Of a stretch of 64,000 nucleotides of DNA, positions 1 to 10,067 are shown one piece after another. Source of the DNA: Kofleriaceae bacterium (GTDB taxonomy: Bacteria > Myxococcota_A > Polyangia > Haliangiales > Haliangiaceae); assembly GCA_020633495.1 (NCBI GenBank), contig JACKDR010000001.1, forward strand, positions 182,105 through 246,104, in the 5' to 3' direction. The position numbers were made by a program, and so were the translations under genes. The stretch's first letter is position 1. Each line of letters starts with the position of its first letter. The notes under the pieces were generated by a model, which had not been told where the DNA came from, did not search any database, and was given only the letters and a program-made list of their open reading frames with translations.

Positions 1-382
1 TCACGATCCGGATCCAGGCGTCGCCGGGCCGGCCAGCGCCGGCGCGGGCCTCGGCCCACGCCCGCAGCGGCGCCAGCGCGACGCCGGCGTCGCCGCCACC
101 ATCGATGATGGCGCCGTGATCGAGCGGGACGATCTCGGCGCCGTCGCCGAGGACCGCGGCCGAGGTCACGACGACCAGCGGGCCATCGGGCACCGGCTCG
201 ACCGCGACGGTCGCCGCGGTCGCCGGCATCGCCAGCGCGCCGTAGGGATCCGCCAGCGCGCCGCCGTCGCGGCCGCGCTCGGCGGCGGTCGCCGCGGCGC
301 CGCCGCCCTTGCCGCCGTCACCCTTGCCGCACGCGGCGACCAGGACCACGGCGAGCGCCCCCAGGCCGACCCGGTTCCGCAT
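1..382 (-). CDS. Lipoprotein, partial (N-terminal 127 aa; 3' end runs off the window start)
   Basis: My own reverse-strand translation from the ATG at 382..380 gives MRNRVGLGALAVVLVAACGKGDGG... with a lipobox (LVAAC). It is open to position 1 and is absent from the ORF track because it is truncated. Confidence 0.45.
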   Translation of the reverse strand, partial: MRNRVGLGALAVVLVAACGKGDGGKGGGAAATAAERGRDGGALADPYGALAMPATAATVAVEPVPDGPLVVVTSAAVLGDGAEIVPLDHGAIIDGGGDAGVALAPLRAWAEARAGAGRPGDAWIRIV

Positions 383-433
383 CGTGCGATGGAAACCCGA
401 TCCGGCCGCGGGCGTCCAGCCCCGACCGCGGCG

Positions 434-616
434 CTACTTCCAGAGCTCCCACCAGCGGGCGCCGCTGCCCCCCGACGACGACGCGCCGGCGGAGGCGTCG
501 TCACGGCACGAGCAACGCTTGGCCTTGGGGACATCGCCGAGGACGGACTCGACGTGCATGCCGCACCCGGCGAAGGTCGGCTTGCCACAACGATTGCAAC
601 TCACGCGTCTGCACAT
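434..616 (-). CDS. Small Cys-rich protein of 60 aa, putative zinc-binding (MCRRVSCNRCGKPTFAGCGMHV...KRCSCRDD)
   Basis: The ATG at 616 has a perfect AAGGAG RBS 7 nt upstream (plus-strand 625-630). The composition is protein-like and there are paired CxxC/CxC cysteines. The 96-aa track ORF 434..724 extends upstream of this start. Confidence 0.55.
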   Translation of the reverse strand: MCRRVSCNRCGKPTFAGCGMHVESVLGDVPKAKRCSCRDDASAGASSSGGSGARWWELWK

Positions 617-642
617 GGTGGTTTCTCCTTGGGCCCACTTAT

Positions 643-658
643 AGCAGCGCTCGTGCCA
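643..658 (-). promoter_or_regulatory. Candidate sigma-54 promoter (TGGCACG-N4-CTGCT) upstream of the small Cys-rich gene
   Basis: The minus strand reads TGGCACGAGCGCTGCT, matching the -24 GG / -12 GC spacing of the RpoN consensus with one mismatch in the -12 element. It sits in a local low-GC (~50%) stretch. Confidence 0.3.
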
Positions 659-739
659 GCATTTCACCCTTGAACTACAGCAACTTGCACGCCGTGATGA
701 AACAGAATGAAACGCGTGCTGCAACGTGGCCGGGCCGGC

Positions 740-1273
740 TCAGAACAGCTCGAGGGCGGCGAGGTCGGCGTCCATGACCCGGGCCGCCTCGGCGCGGGCG
801 GTCCGGGTCCGCGCCTGCGCCTGGTCGAGCCGGGCGCGGTCCCAGATCACCTCGCGGCGATCCGCGCGCAGCCGCGCGGCGCCGACCCGCTCGGCCTGCA
901 GCGCCGCCCAGTGCCGCTCGGCCAGCTTGCCGGCGGTGTGGATGTCATCGGCGCGCACCGCGGCCTGCCAGCGGGCCCACTCGGCCCGCTCGACCCGACG
1001 ATCGGCGCGCAGCAGATCGCGATCGACGCGCCACGACGCGCGAGCGGCCTCGAGCGCGAGGCGCGCCTCGTGCTCGGCGCGATCCGCGGCGCGCACCTCC
1101 GCGGCGGCGGCGTCGGCGACCGGCGAGCGATCGACCACGGTCTCCGACTCCATCACGTACGGCACGGCACGGTGACCGGGCGCGGTGGCCGCGGGCGCGG
1201 CGCCGGCCACCGGCGCGGCCAGCATGACGGCGGAGAACAGCGACGCGGCAAGGATCTTCATCGAGGACTTCAT
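740..1273 (-). CDS. Secreted hypothetical protein with an Ala/Arg-rich coiled-coil-like region
   Basis: It has a signal peptide (MKSSMKILAASLFSAVMLAAPVAGAA) and an AAGGAG RBS 7 nt upstream of the ATG at 1273. Confidence 0.6.
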   Translation of the reverse strand: MKSSMKILAASLFSAVMLAAPVAGAAPAATAPGHRAVPYVMESETVVDRSPVADAAAAEVRAADRAEHEARLALEAARASWRVDRDLLRADRRVERAEWARWQAAVRADDIHTAGKLAERHWAALQAERVGAARLRADRREVIWDRARLDQAQARTRTARAEAARVMDADLAALELF

Positions 1274-1432
1274 GATGTGCTCCTTTCAGGTCGATCCGAT
1301 CGAGTGCATCGCGCGTGCCTCGTCGCGCCACCGGCGCGCGCGCCCCGGGGCCGCGCCCGCGCGCCCGGCGCGTCGCGAGGCGTTCTGACCCGCGGGGCAA
1401 CCTGCCTCGTCCCGCGACGCGCCCGCCACCGT

Positions 1433-1486
1433 CGACGACGCGCCCCGACGACGCCCGACGACGCCCGACGACGCCCGACGACGCCT
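1433..1486. repeat. Tandem decamer repeat (CCGACGACGC) of about 5 copies in the intergenic/promoter region
   Basis: Direct reading shows four perfect copies at 1445-1484 plus degenerate flanking copies. It lies ~70 bp upstream of the start at 1557. Confidence 0.8.
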
Positions 1487-1556
1487 GAGGACACCGGCGG
1501 CGCGCGCCGGCACCGGCACGCGCGATGCACCGAGGCAGGCCAGCCAGGAGGCCATC

Positions 1557-2222
1557 ATGAAGATCCTCGGTTCCGTCCTCGTCTCCACCGCCCTCGCCAC
1601 CACCGCCGCCCCCGCCCTCGCCGCGCCGGCGCGCCCGATCCACGCCACGACCCGTCGTCCGGTCGCCCGGACAGAGCTGATGCGGGTCGACGCCGCCGCC
1701 GTGCCGGCGTCGTGCCAGGTCTACCTGACCGGCCCCGGCATGCACCCGTCCGCGGGGATGGTCGGCGCGCAGCGGATCTCGCTGGCGATGTGCCAGGCCG
1801 GCGCGCTCGATCACCTGGCGCTGTCGATCGACGACGCCGACGACGTCGGCGACGCGATGAAGGAGGTGCAGGCCGCCGCCGCGCCGACGATCGCCGAGCT
1901 GCGCGACGTGATCGCGCACGGCACGCCGCGCGACGCGCTGATCGCCGCCGACCGGCTCGGCGACCTCGACCGCGACCTGGTGGTGCGGCTGCAGAGCGCC
2001 GTGCCCCTGACCGGCCCCGACCTCACCGCCGACGCCCGCGACCTGGCGCTGCACGCGCAGATCGCGACCGCGGCGCAGCCGCTCGACGCCGACGCCACCC
2101 GCGCGTTCGCCGACGTCGCGCGGATCACGACGACGCACCCGCTGCTGCGCCTGGGTGACCCGGTGGTGCGCGACGCGATCAACGAGGCCGCGCACACCCC
2201 GGCGACCACCGCCCGGCGCTGA
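1557..2222 (+). CDS. Secreted hypothetical protein
   Basis: It has a signal peptide (MKILGSVLVSTALATTAAPALAAPA) and an AGGAGG RBS 6-8 nt upstream. Confidence 0.6.
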   Translation: MKILGSVLVSTALATTAAPALAAPARPIHATTRRPVARTELMRVDAAAVPASCQVYLTGPGMHPSAGMVGAQRISLAMCQAGALDHLALSIDDADDVGDAMKEVQAAAAPTIAELRDVIAHGTPRDALIAADRLGDLDRDLVVRLQSAVPLTGPDLTADARDLALHAQIATAAQPLDADATRAFADVARITTTHPLLRLGDPVVRDAINEAAHTPATTARR

Positions 2223-2321
2223 CCGCGCGGCGCCCTCCCCGCCGCGCCGTCTCCGGACGCGCGAAGGCCCGGCGCGCCGTTCGGCGTGCCGGGCCTCGTG
2301 GGTCGACGGTGAGCCGCGACG

Positions 2322-5291
2322 CTAGTCGTGGACCGCCCAGGTCGCGAGCGTCCCGGTGTCGCCGTACGCGTCGGTGTCGACGATGCACAGCGTCCAGGCG
2401 CCGGTGGCCGAGCCCGACAGGCCCGACACCGCGCGGCTGGTCAGGCTGAACGAGCCGGCGTTGCTCGGGAAGGTGCCGGTCGGGAAGGCCTCGACCGTGA
2501 CGCCGCCGTGGCTCAGCGTGCCGCGGAGGATCGAGCGCCAGGCGTGGGTGCCGGCGAGGTCGAGCTTGACGTCGGCGGCGTTGCCGTCACCGGCCACGTT
2601 CAGCGTCGTGCAGGCCTGGCCGTTGTCGACCAGGGCGAGGTTCGGCGACGCCGACCCGGACCAGCCGCCGGGTGGCGGCACCTGACAATCGCCGGAGATG
2701 GCCAGCGACCACGAGTTGAGCGTGCCGACGTCCTGCCCGGCGCGGTCGGAGACCTTGAGCTGCCAGACGCCCGCGGCGGCCTGGCCGTTGAACGCGCTGA
2801 CCAGGCTGTTGGTCAGGATGATGTTGTCCGCCGAGCCGCCCGACCGGTTCGACACCGTGTACGAGGTGCCGCTCGGCGACACCAGCGTGACGACGAGATC
2901 GCCGCGCCAGGTGTGGGTGATGTCGAGCGACAGCTCCAGGGCGCCGACGTTGCCGGTGCCGCTGACCGTGATCCGCGAGGTGATGCCGGTCGAGTTGTTG
3001 TCGGGGATGCCGATCGGCGTGTCGGTCGAGGCGAAGACGCCGTCGAGGCAGCCCACCGAGTTCGACACCGAGATCATCCGGCTGGCGACCGCGCTGGCGG
3101 CGCCCAGGTTGTCGACCGCGGTGGCCTTGACCAGGTAGCCGGCGCCGTCGGCGACGGTCGCGCTGTTCCAGGTGGTGCTGTACGGCGCGGTGGTGTCGTC
3201 GACGGTGGTGCCGTCGGGCAGCTGGAACGTGACCTTGGCGACGGAGCCGTCGCTGTCGGCCGCGGTCGCGGTGACCGTCACCGAGCCGGTGACCGTGGCG
3301 CCGTCCGCCGGGGCGGTCAGCTGCACGGTGGGCGCCTGGTTGGTGGTGCCGCCGGTGGTCCAGTTGGCGTGGAAGCCGGTGCCGGTGACCGACGCGTCGC
3401 TGGCGAACTTGACGACCAGCTTGGTCGAGGTCGCCGCCGCCGGCGCCGTGGTGCCCGCGGTCTTGGACAGCTGGGTGCCGTTGGCGTCGCTGATCGTGAC
3501 GAAGTCGTAGCCCGCCTCGGTGTTGAAGGCGTCGAAGGTCAGCGTCGCGGGCTGGCCGTTCGACGGCTGGATGCACCAGGTGTGGGTGTAGTTGTTGCCG
3601 TACGCGTTGGGGTAGTTCGGCGACTGGATCGAGCCGGACGCGCCGGTGAGGGTCTCGTCGCAGGTCGGGGTCGGGTCGGGCGGCGGCTGCGAGCTGCCGC
3701 AGGTGACGCCGACGTCGGCCCACGACTGGGTCAGCGCCGCGATCTCGGTGGCCGAGTAGCCCATCGCGCCGGCGGCGTCGACGACGCCCTGGCACGCCGC
3801 GGTCCAGCCGGTGCTGGTCGTCCAGTAGCTGGCGTTGGCCTCGTAGAAGGCGGCGCCGGCGCGCTTGACGCTGTCGGCGGTGGCGGCGCCGGTCGGGCTG
3901 CCGCTGCCGAGGCGCTTGGCCGACAGGCAGAACGCCTTGTTCATGACGCCGCTGGAGTAGTGGACGTCGAGGCCGTTGGTGTAGTTGGCGGCGTTGTCGA
4001 TCGACGCGCCGTCGGCGGTCGGGTTGCACATGTAGCGCAGCGCGCCGCTGCCCTTGAAGATGTCGCGGCCGAGGTCGAAGTCGGCGGTGTTACCCTCGGT
4101 GTAGAACTCGACCATCGTGCCGGCGATGTCGGAGAACGACTCGTTGAGGCCGCCCGGGATGCCGGAGTAGTTGAGGTTGGAGTGGAACGAGGTGAAGCCG
4201 TGGTTGATCTCGTGGCCGACCACGTCCGGATCGCCGGACAGCGGGTAGAAGTACGAGGCGCCGTCGCCGTACGTCATCTGGGTGCCGTCCCAGAACGCGT
4301 TCTCGTAGCTGTTGCTGTAGTGGACGCGGCTGACGATCTTGAAGCCGTTGTCGTCGATCGAGTTGTGGCCGACCCACTCCTGCATCATCCGCACGGTCTT
4401 CTCGGCGAAGCCGTGGGCGTCGTTGATCGCGGCGTCGCCGATGTTGGACAGCGAGCCGGTGACCGTGGTCCCCGTGCCCGAGGTCCCGTGGTTCATGTTG
4501 GTGGTGCGGTACTGGGTCGTGTTCATCGCGTACGAGCTGCCGGACGCCTCGACGTCGAGCTCGTTGGTCCAGGTCCGCGACACCTTGGCGTTGCCGCCCG
4601 GGCCCGACGCCTGCGACAGCGTGTGGATGCCGTTGTAGCTGTCGAGGATGTCGCCGGTCTTGGCGTCGATGAAGTAGTTCCACAGGCCCGGGGTCAGGCC
4701 GCCCTGGAGCTCGGTGAAGAAGACCGCGTGCCAGGCCAGGCGCGCGTCGCGCCCTTCCATGGGGAAGATCACCAGCTCGGTCGACTCGCGATCGTAGGCG
4801 AGCACGGCCGAGGTGTCCTTGGCGCCGCTGGCGTAGGCCTGCTGGGCCACCGCCAGGGCGTCGGCCCCGCCCAGCGTGGGCGTGGTGTCGAAGCCGTCGA
4901 GGTTGGCGACCAGCGTGCCGTTGACCGCCTTGAAGGTGTCGTCGCTGGCGTGCAGGACCAGGTCGCCGCCCCACACCTTGACGCCGTCGTGCAGCTGCTC
5001 GAGGCGGACGTGGTTGAGGCCGTCGGCGCCGCGACCGGCGGCGCGCACGTGCCAGTCGTCCTCCGCCGACAACGTCAGCTCGGGCGTGTTGCGCACGTAG
5101 TCGAGCGCCGCGGTGTCGAGCACGCCGACCAGCGGCGTCGACACCTTGTCCGTGAACCGGACAGTTTCGACCGTGGGGGGAGCCGACGAGGTGCCGTCTG
5201 GGGCGTCGTGGCCGAGGGCGCAGCCCGCCAGGGCCGCCATGGAAATGTACGGGACAGCCGCCGCAGCTGCCCTCAGGGTTCGCTTCACCAT
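2322..5291 (-). CDS. Secreted thermolysin-like M4 zinc metalloprotease with a CUB domain, Ig-like region and two proprotein-convertase P-domains
   Basis: The HExxH motif (VVGHEINHG) and downstream NESFSDIAG glutamate match thermolysin. A CUB-like segment (CDETLTGASGSIQSPNYPNAYGNNYTHTWCIQP) and P-domain signatures (ITHTWRGDLVVTLVSPSGT; LAGTHAWRSIL) follow. The start is placed at the internal ATG 5291, which has an AGGAGG RBS and a signal peptide (MVKRTLRAAAAAVPYISMAALAGCA); the track ORF extends to 5354. Confidence 0.9.
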   Translation of the reverse strand: MVKRTLRAAAAAVPYISMAALAGCALGHDAPDGTSSAPPTVETVRFTDKVSTPLVGVLDTAALDYVRNTPELTLSAEDDWHVRAAGRGADGLNHVRLEQLHDGVKVWGGDLVLHASDDTFKAVNGTLVANLDGFDTTPTLGGADALAVAQQAYASGAKDTSAVLAYDRESTELVIFPMEGRDARLAWHAVFFTELQGGLTPGLWNYFIDAKTGDILDSYNGIHTLSQASGPGGNAKVSRTWTNELDVEASGSSYAMNTTQYRTTNMNHGTSGTGTTVTGSLSNIGDAAINDAHGFAEKTVRMMQEWVGHNSIDDNGFKIVSRVHYSNSYENAFWDGTQMTYGDGASYFYPLSGDPDVVGHEINHGFTSFHSNLNYSGIPGGLNESFSDIAGTMVEFYTEGNTADFDLGRDIFKGSGALRYMCNPTADGASIDNAANYTNGLDVHYSSGVMNKAFCLSAKRLGSGSPTGAATADSVKRAGAAFYEANASYWTTSTGWTAACQGVVDAAGAMGYSATEIAALTQSWADVGVTCGSSQPPPDPTPTCDETLTGASGSIQSPNYPNAYGNNYTHTWCIQPSNGQPATLTFDAFNTEAGYDFVTISDANGTQLSKTAGTTAPAAATSTKLVVKFASDASVTGTGFHANWTTGGTTNQAPTVQLTAPADGATVTGSVTVTATAADSDGSVAKVTFQLPDGTTVDDTTAPYSTTWNSATVADGAGYLVKATAVDNLGAASAVASRMISVSNSVGCLDGVFASTDTPIGIPDNNSTGITSRITVSGTGNVGALELSLDITHTWRGDLVVTLVSPSGTSYTVSNRSGGSADNIILTNSLVSAFNGQAAAGVWQLKVSDRAGQDVGTLNSWSLAISGDCQVPPPGGWSGSASPNLALVDNGQACTTLNVAGDGNAADVKLDLAGTHAWRSILRGTLSHGGVTVEAFPTGTFPSNAGSFSLTSRAVSGLSGSATGAWTLCIVDTDAYGDTGTLATWAVHD

Positions 5292-5801
5292 CCGAGACCT
5301 CCTGGGAATGCGATCGCGCGCCGTCTCTCTCGTCGTCCTCGGTGCGCGCAGCATTCATCGGACATCTGGCCACCGAAGCCCAGCTTCTCCGACGACGCGA
5401 CTCCAACACGGACTTGCACCGACGTGCGGCGTCGTGTCGACGCCAGGCCCACACGCGCGGCGTGACGCGCGACGCCGCGCGCCGAGAAAAAGTGAGCGCG
5501 CACACCGTCGCGACGCGGTGCCGTGATGTGGTCGCCGTGGGGCGAGATCCCACGCGGTCGCACAGCGGCCGCCTGCGACGCGCACCCACATCGCGGCCGA
5601 TGTATTCGGCCGCGGTCGCGGGCGCTTGCGGCGCCGCGCGAACCGACGTTGCGCGCGATCGCGGCGCCGCGCCGTGTAGCGTTGGTAGCGCGCCTCGCAA
5701 TCGCGGTGACAGAACGCGCAGGTCAACGACCGAGGAGTCAGCGCGCGACGTCCGGACCGCGGACGAACCTGACAGGAGCTGGCATCCCGGGCCCGCGCGT
5801 C

Positions 5802-5826
5802 TGACAGGCGGCGAGATCGCCTGTCA
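5802..5826. promoter_or_regulatory. Perfect 9-bp inverted repeat, TGACAGGCG-N7-CGCCTGTCA, a candidate operator
   Basis: Direct reading. An extra half-site CTGACAGG lies at 5769-5776. It sits inside a ~640-bp non-coding divergent region between the protease and the lipoprotein gene at 5992. Confidence 0.3.
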
Positions 5827-5991
5827 CCGCGCGCCCGTGCGATCCACGACTGACCGGCGAGCCGGCGGCCACGGCGGGCCACGACGCGGTCGATCGCGCC
5901 GCGGCGGGCGCTCGGGCAACGCCGGCCCCGCCGCGCCGCCACCCGCCGCCACCCCTGCTGCGGCGCCCGGACTTCGGGTACGTTCCCGGCC

Positions 5992-6978
5992 ATGCACTAC
6001 CGCAAGATCGCGATCCTCGTGGCGGCCCTGGCTCTGGGCGGCTGCAAGAAAGAGGAAAAGGGAGCCGACAAGCCCGCCGCTGGATCGGCCGCCAAGGCGG
6101 CCGACAAGGGCGCCGCCGCCGACCAGGGCACGCCGGCCGGCCAGGCCGCCCCCGCCGACAAGGCCGCCCCCGCCGACGTCAAGGACACCACGGCCGCGCC
6201 GGCCGCCGCCGACAAGGCCGCGCCGCCGGAGGCGCTCAAGGCCCAGCCGACGGTCGCCGACGACAAGCAGATCACGATGGGCGGTCAGCCCCCGGCGATC
6301 GGCAGCACGTGGGAGGAGACCAAGGTCCAGCACATGGAGCTCAACATCGACGCCAACGGCCAGAAGGTCGCCATGACCATGGACGGCGTCGAGAACAAGA
6401 AGACCGAGGCCCTCGAGGTCACCAACGACATCCTCACCAAGGCCAAGATCACCTACATCAAGAACGACAACACGCAGACCATGGGCGGCAAGTCCCGCTC
6501 CAAGCCGACCTCGGTCGTCGGCAAGACCTACACGATCACCGCGGGCTCGCCGCTGGGGGTCGCCACCGACGCCGGCCCGGCGCCGGACGCCGAGGCCGCC
6601 GAGGTCCGCGATCTCGAGAAGCACTTCGGCGAGCCCGAGCGCATGGCCAAGCTGCTGCTCGGCAAGACCTTCCCGATCAACCAGAAGGTCGACCTGCCCG
6701 CCGACGAGATCAAGGGCGCGATGAGCGACGAGCTCACGGTCAAGAAGCTGTCGCTGACCTACCTGGGCCTCGACGGCACCGACGCCACCCTCGACATGGA
6801 CATGGAGGCCGAGGTCAACCAGGGCGGCAACGTCATCACCATGGGCCTGGCCGGCAAGGTCCGCCTCGACACCAAGACCTCGGAGCTGGTCGAGATGAAG
6901 CTGGAGGGCCCGGTCAAGATGACCGGCCAGGCGTCGGCCGAGGGCACGATGCGCATGGAAGCGACCCGCAGCCGCTGA
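5992..6978 (+). CDS. Lipoprotein with an Ala/Lys/Asp-rich linker, hypothetical
   Basis: It has a lipoprotein signal (ILVAALALGGC) followed by a low-complexity linker, and the remainder is protein-like. Confidence 0.7.
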   Translation: MHYRKIAILVAALALGGCKKEEKGADKPAAGSAAKAADKGAAADQGTPAGQAAPADKAAPADVKDTTAAPAAADKAAPPEALKAQPTVADDKQITMGGQPPAIGSTWEETKVQHMELNIDANGQKVAMTMDGVENKKTEALEVTNDILTKAKITYIKNDNTQTMGGKSRSKPTSVVGKTYTITAGSPLGVATDAGPAPDAEAAEVRDLEKHFGEPERMAKLLLGKTFPINQKVDLPADEIKGAMSDELTVKKLSLTYLGLDGTDATLDMDMEAEVNQGGNVITMGLAGKVRLDTKTSELVEMKLEGPVKMTGQASAEGTMRMEATRSR

Positions 6979-7083
6979 GGCAACCTCGCGCCGCCCGCCC
7001 GGATCGCGATCCCGGGCGGGCGCGTCGGGCCGACGGCCCCGCGCTTCGACATCGGTCGCGCCGGGCTGCTATGGTGAACGCCC

Positions 7084-8147
<1,064 letters not shown>

Positions 8148-8148
<1 letters not shown>

Positions 8149-8648
8149 TGCCGGGATCGACCGCGCCGCCGAGCGACGCCAAGGCCGCGCTGCGCCGCGA
8201 GCTGCTCGCCCACCTCGAGGCCGCGCTGGCCGCCGCCGAGGCCGCCCACGCCGCCGCCACCGAGGGCGCGACCCACGCCGAGGCTCGCCCCGAGAACAGC
8301 AAGGACACGCGCGCGCTCGAGCAATCGTACCTGGCGCGCGGCCAGGCGGCGCGGGTCGAGGAGCTGCGCACCGCGGTCACCGAGGTCACGGCGTGGACGC
8401 CGCGCGCGTTCGCGGCCGGCGCGGCGATCGCGCTCGGCGCCCTGGTCACGGTCGAGGAGGACGGCGCCGAGGCCCGCTACCTGGTGGCGCCGCACGGCGG
8501 CGGCGCCCGGCTCGACGACGACGCGATCGGCGTGGTGACGCCGCGGTCACCGCTGGGGCGCGCGCTGGTCGGCCGCCGCGCCGGTGACGACGTCGAGGTG
8601 CGCCTGCCCGGCCGCCTCCGCGAGCTCGTGATCACCGCGGTGGCGTAG
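8148..8648 (+). CDS. GreA/GreB-family transcription elongation factor-like protein
   Basis: The C-terminal FKBP-like domain signature is present (VTPRSPLGRALVGRRAGDDVEV...ELVITAV), together with an N-terminal coiled coil that includes ARPENSKDTRA. The ATG overlaps the mscS stop (TGATG). Confidence 0.65.
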
Positions 8649-8858
8649 CCGGGCGGCGCGCGCGGCGAGGGCCGGCGACGGGCGGCGCGAAACCTCGGCT
8701 CGCTCACCGGTGCTGAACGAACCGAGAACCGCGGGTGTCGTGGCGTCCCGCCACGGCGTCGTGCCCAAACGCCACGGCGTCGCCGGCCAAGACCCCAGTC
8801 ATCTCGGCCAGGTGGCGCCGGTCCCGGACGAGGAACGCTTCGTGCACGAGGTCACACC

Positions 8859-10001
8859 ATGCCGTCACTCCTGGTCTTCCTGGTCGCGTACGCCGGCGTC
8901 GGCGGCAAGGACGCCTCGAAAATCGACAAGCAGGTGAAGGGGCTGCTCGAGGAGCGCGCCGACATCAGCGAGGTGTCGATGACCACCAAGCAGCGGCACA
9001 CGCTGGTCGAGCACGGCCCGGGCGCCGCCGAGATCGTGCGCGACCTCGACGTCGACGGCGTGATCGCGGGCGAGGTCACGCGGACCAAGCGCCGCGCCAC
9101 GCTGCACGTCGTCGTCTACGACCGCGACGGCTCGATGATCGACCTCGTCGAGATGCCGATCGGCAAGAAGAAGACCCGCACCCTCAGCAAGGGCGATCTC
9201 GAGTCGCTGACCGACACCGTGGTCGGCGACATCGCCCGGCTGGCGCCGCCGCCGCCGCCCGAGCCCGAGCCGGTGGCCCAGGTCGACGACGACGACGTCG
9301 CCGCCGACGCCGACGACCTGCCGGGCATCGCGGCCACGGCGCCGCCGCCGCGCCGGCGCGGCCGCCGCGACGCCTACCTGCGGGTCGCGGTCGGCGCCGG
9401 CATGCGCAGCCGCATGTTCGAGCCCGGCCCCGCGATGGTGCTCGCCTTCCGCGGCAGCGCGGTGCCCGCCGCCCAGGTCTCCGCCGAGCTCCGGCCGATC
9501 CGCTACCTCGCGCTCGGCGCCCGCCTCGAGCGCACGCTGACGATGCACAGCGAGCTGCCCACCGAGAGCGCGCCGTCGTCGATCACCGACTGGCGCGCGA
9601 TGGGCGCGCTGCGCCTGCCGCTCGGCAAGCTCGAGGTGGCCGCGGTCGGCGGCGTCGGCGCCCGCGACTTCGTCATCGACAGCGCCCAGCCGGCCGGCAC
9701 CCCCGACGGCCACTACGTCTACGCGATGGCCGGGCTGCGCCTGGCCGCGCGCCTGGGCCCGCGCGCCGAGCTGCGCGCGTTCGCCGCGTTCGAGCCGGTG
9801 ATCGGCGGCGACGTCGCGATGGTCGACGCGCCGACCAGCCGGCGCGGCCTCGAGGTCGGCGGCGCGTTCGAGGTCGAGGTGGTCAGCCACGTCTTCGCGC
9901 TCGCCGAGGTCGGCTACCAGCACTTCCGCTGGTTCTGGGACGGCGGCTCCGCCACCGACGAGTACCCGAGCGGCACCCTGTCGCTGGGCGCCCGCTACTA
10001 A
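8859..10001 (+). CDS. Hypothetical protein with a Pro-rich linker; the C-terminal half is beta-rich
   Basis: The composition is protein-like, in contrast to the overlapping Arg-rich frames. Its stop codon TAA at 9999-10001 is built from the IS630 target TA plus the first base of the IS. Confidence 0.55.
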   Translation: MPSLLVFLVAYAGVGGKDASKIDKQVKGLLEERADISEVSMTTKQRHTLVEHGPGAAEIVRDLDVDGVIAGEVTRTKRRATLHVVVYDRDGSMIDLVEMPIGKKKTRTLSKGDLESLTDTVVGDIARLAPPPPPEPEPVAQVDDDDVAADADDLPGIAATAPPPRRRGRRDAYLRVAVGAGMRSRMFEPGPAMVLAFRGSAVPAAQVSAELRPIRYLALGARLERTLTMHSELPTESAPSSITDWRAMGALRLPLGKLEVAAVGGVGARDFVIDSAQPAGTPDGHYVYAMAGLRLAARLGPRAELRAFAAFEPVIGGDVAMVDAPTSRRGLEVGGAFEVEVVSHVFALAEVGYQHFRWFWDGGSATDEYPSGTLSLGARY

Positions 10002-10067
10002 CCCCAGTGTTCGCTTGGGTTGATCCGAGGTCTTGAAACCTGGATCCGGCTCTGATCTGCTGGCTGC

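Noticed and set aside
707-2195. Long overlapping ORFs 707..2158 (+), 945..2195 (-), 726..1175 (+)
   Set aside because: They are Arg/Ala/Gly-rich low-complexity translations typical of wrong-frame or antisense reading in 72% GC DNA. The real genes here are the RBS- and signal-peptide-supported 740..1273 (-) and 1557..2222 (+).
2328-5465. 1045-aa plus-strand ORF antisense to the M4 protease, and the 480-aa and 536-aa minus-strand ORFs in other frames
   Set aside because: They are shadow ORFs: R/G/A/D-rich with no motifs. The protease frame carries clear catalytic and domain signatures.
5761-5790. Sigma-54 promoter at CTGGCATCCCGGGCCCG
   Set aside because: It has a -24-like GG but no TTGC/GC element at the correct -12 spacing.
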